Assembly (NCBI GenBank): GCA_002269645.1
Contig: NIVC01005220.1
Location: 1 to 20,733 of the forward strand
Direction of reading: 5' to 3'
Source: Macrostomum lignano
Taxonomy: Eukaryota
DNA length: 20,733 nucleotides
A program made the translations under genes and the position numbers. Numbering within the stretch: the stretch's first letter is position 1; each line of letters opens with the position of its first letter. Below the pieces are notes generated by a model. That model was not told the origin of the DNA. It ran no database searches and worked only from the letters and a program-made list of their open reading frames with translations. Of the stretch, positions 19,136 to 20,733 are shown in pieces.

Positions 19136-19914
19136 TAGGGATGTTGACCCCGGGAGTGCTCCCCGGGGAGCTTGTCGGGGAATACTCTCCGGGGAATTTA
19201 ACCGGGGACCCTGGGGAGAAAAAATATGAAAAAATGCATTTGTAACTTAATTTTTGCCATTAAAATAAGAAACTGATTCACAGAAAGCTGATTGAAACTC
19301 TGTCTATGCTCTTTTACCGCATAATTGCTTATTTCAATGCATTACATGTATTTGAAACACAACACACGTTTGATTGTTTTTTCACTAATAAGTCATTCAA
19401 TCAAGCAAATTGCACGTAGAAAAGAAACCCGTCAGGAAAAAGAAGCCTTACTGACTAGTGACTGCTGTGTTGGTCTGCGTTGACGGCTTGACGCAGGCGC
19501 AGCGCTGCGTCATGCGTCAGGCACTGACGCATAGGGGGTGTCATACATATACTCCCTATTAGACAAGGACAAAATGGTGATTTACATATATATGCAAGAA
19601 ATAAAATTCCGATTATAAAAACAGTCTCATTCATTAATTATCCTCTCACGAGCGTAGCTGTTTAGCATGCATTCCAACAAATGCACTTTTCCGATAAAGG
19701 TGCGCGCACGATTTCGTGATGCCACATTGTCAAATACAGTTTAAAAAAAACATTGTTTAAAATTTTTACCCCTGCGCCTTGAACATGTAGTACAAAGCTT
19801 AAATCAAAGTTTAAAAAATTCCACTTACAATCTAAGTGATCCGCCGTTTTAACTTATTTTTTCTTTTCACCGGGGTCCCCGATAAGATAATTCCCTGGGG
19901 AATCGACATCCCTA
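19136..19914. mobile_element. hAT-superfamily non-autonomous element (MITE-like, about 780 bp)
   Basis: TIR TAGGGATGTTGA (19136-19147) versus TAGGGATGTCGA (reverse complement of 19903-19914) is Ac-like (TAGGGATG). The 8-bp TSD TTCCCTTC lies at 19128-19135 and 19916-19923, with one extra A at 19915. Inverted CCGGGG(A/T) subterminal repeats occur at both ends. Confidence 0.85.
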
Positions 19915-20733
19915 ATTCCCTTCCTATAAATCATTTGACGTTAGAGACATTTTACAACTCTCGCCCTACTTTATCTATTAGGCTAACTTTATGTATGACA
20001 CGACGCAAAATATTAGGAGCATCAGCGTTAATAATGCCTTGAAAGTCTTTAAATAATCGATACAACACTAGGTATTATAAAATTCCAACCCGCAAAGCTC
20101 ACTGGGGCGAAAAGACTTTGTCTTCATTAACTAGTATAACAACATAATAAACTAATAATCAAGATACAAATAAGAAGTCTTTAAAGTCTAGGAATATTTA
20201 TCCTTGTAGTTTCTATGAAATAGATTTTTTAGCATTATTAATTTAATTGGACAAATGACAAAATGTCTATTTTGTCCAGTATTAACTAGATGAATAAGAA
20301 AGCATGGTCATAATCCAGTAACTGGACAAATGACAATTGCTTTATTTTTTAGATTGTATGCTAGTATAGGCCTTATATTATACATAAAGAACATTTGGCA
20401 GAAAAATTAGTAGCAAGGCAATGGTGAGCAAAATATTGACTTTTTACTATTTTCCAAATATGTCTATCTTATCTGGCTGGAATGAGCCACCTGACATAGG
20501 CCCTACTCACTATATATTCCACTCTTGACTCCAAGGTGCATATAGGAAAAAGATTATTTAAGTGTAAGGTGTGCGATGAAAAAATACAAAGTGGGACTGT
20601 AGCCTAAGAGCAATGCTGTTACCTAGCTATTTAAGAAGTAGTACTTCAACCAACCTGCTGTCTAGCAACAAATGAGATCTACTGTCACTGACATATGACA
20701 AGCATATCTAAGATGCTTAAATTTAAAAAAATT

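Noticed and set aside
16745-20042. Short ORFs in the right-hand region
   Set aside because: They arise from palindromes, AT-rich DNA or MITE sequence, with no domains or splice support.

Overview
Eukaryotic (probably invertebrate animal) genomic window, repeat-rich, with spliceosomal introns. The low-complexity and minisatellite style resembles the flatworm Macrostomum, but this is an unverified impression. The centre (about 8.2-15.5 kb, all minus strand) is a co-oriented cassette. It holds a three-exon, apparently intact KDZ (Kyakuja-Dileera-Zisupton) transposase of about 812 aa, a stand-alone double C2H2 zinc-finger gene, and a three-exon gene fusing a paralogous double zinc finger to a PR-Set7/SETD8-type H4K20 methyltransferase SET domain. 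An identical 292-bp, strongly folding element lies just after the transposase stop and again just after the SET stop, so it brackets the two zinc-finger genes as a direct repeat. To the left are the 3' exons of a frame-disrupted, low-complexity gene with minisatellite-filled introns, a 58-bp tandem array, a 4.8-unit array of about 575 bp containing (GAATA)n, and a 1-kb CT-rich tract. To the right are a Helitron-type 3' end and a hAT-like non-autonomous element with TIRs and an 8-bp TSD. I could not locate the termini of the KDZ element, so physical membership of the SET gene in the transposon is an inference.
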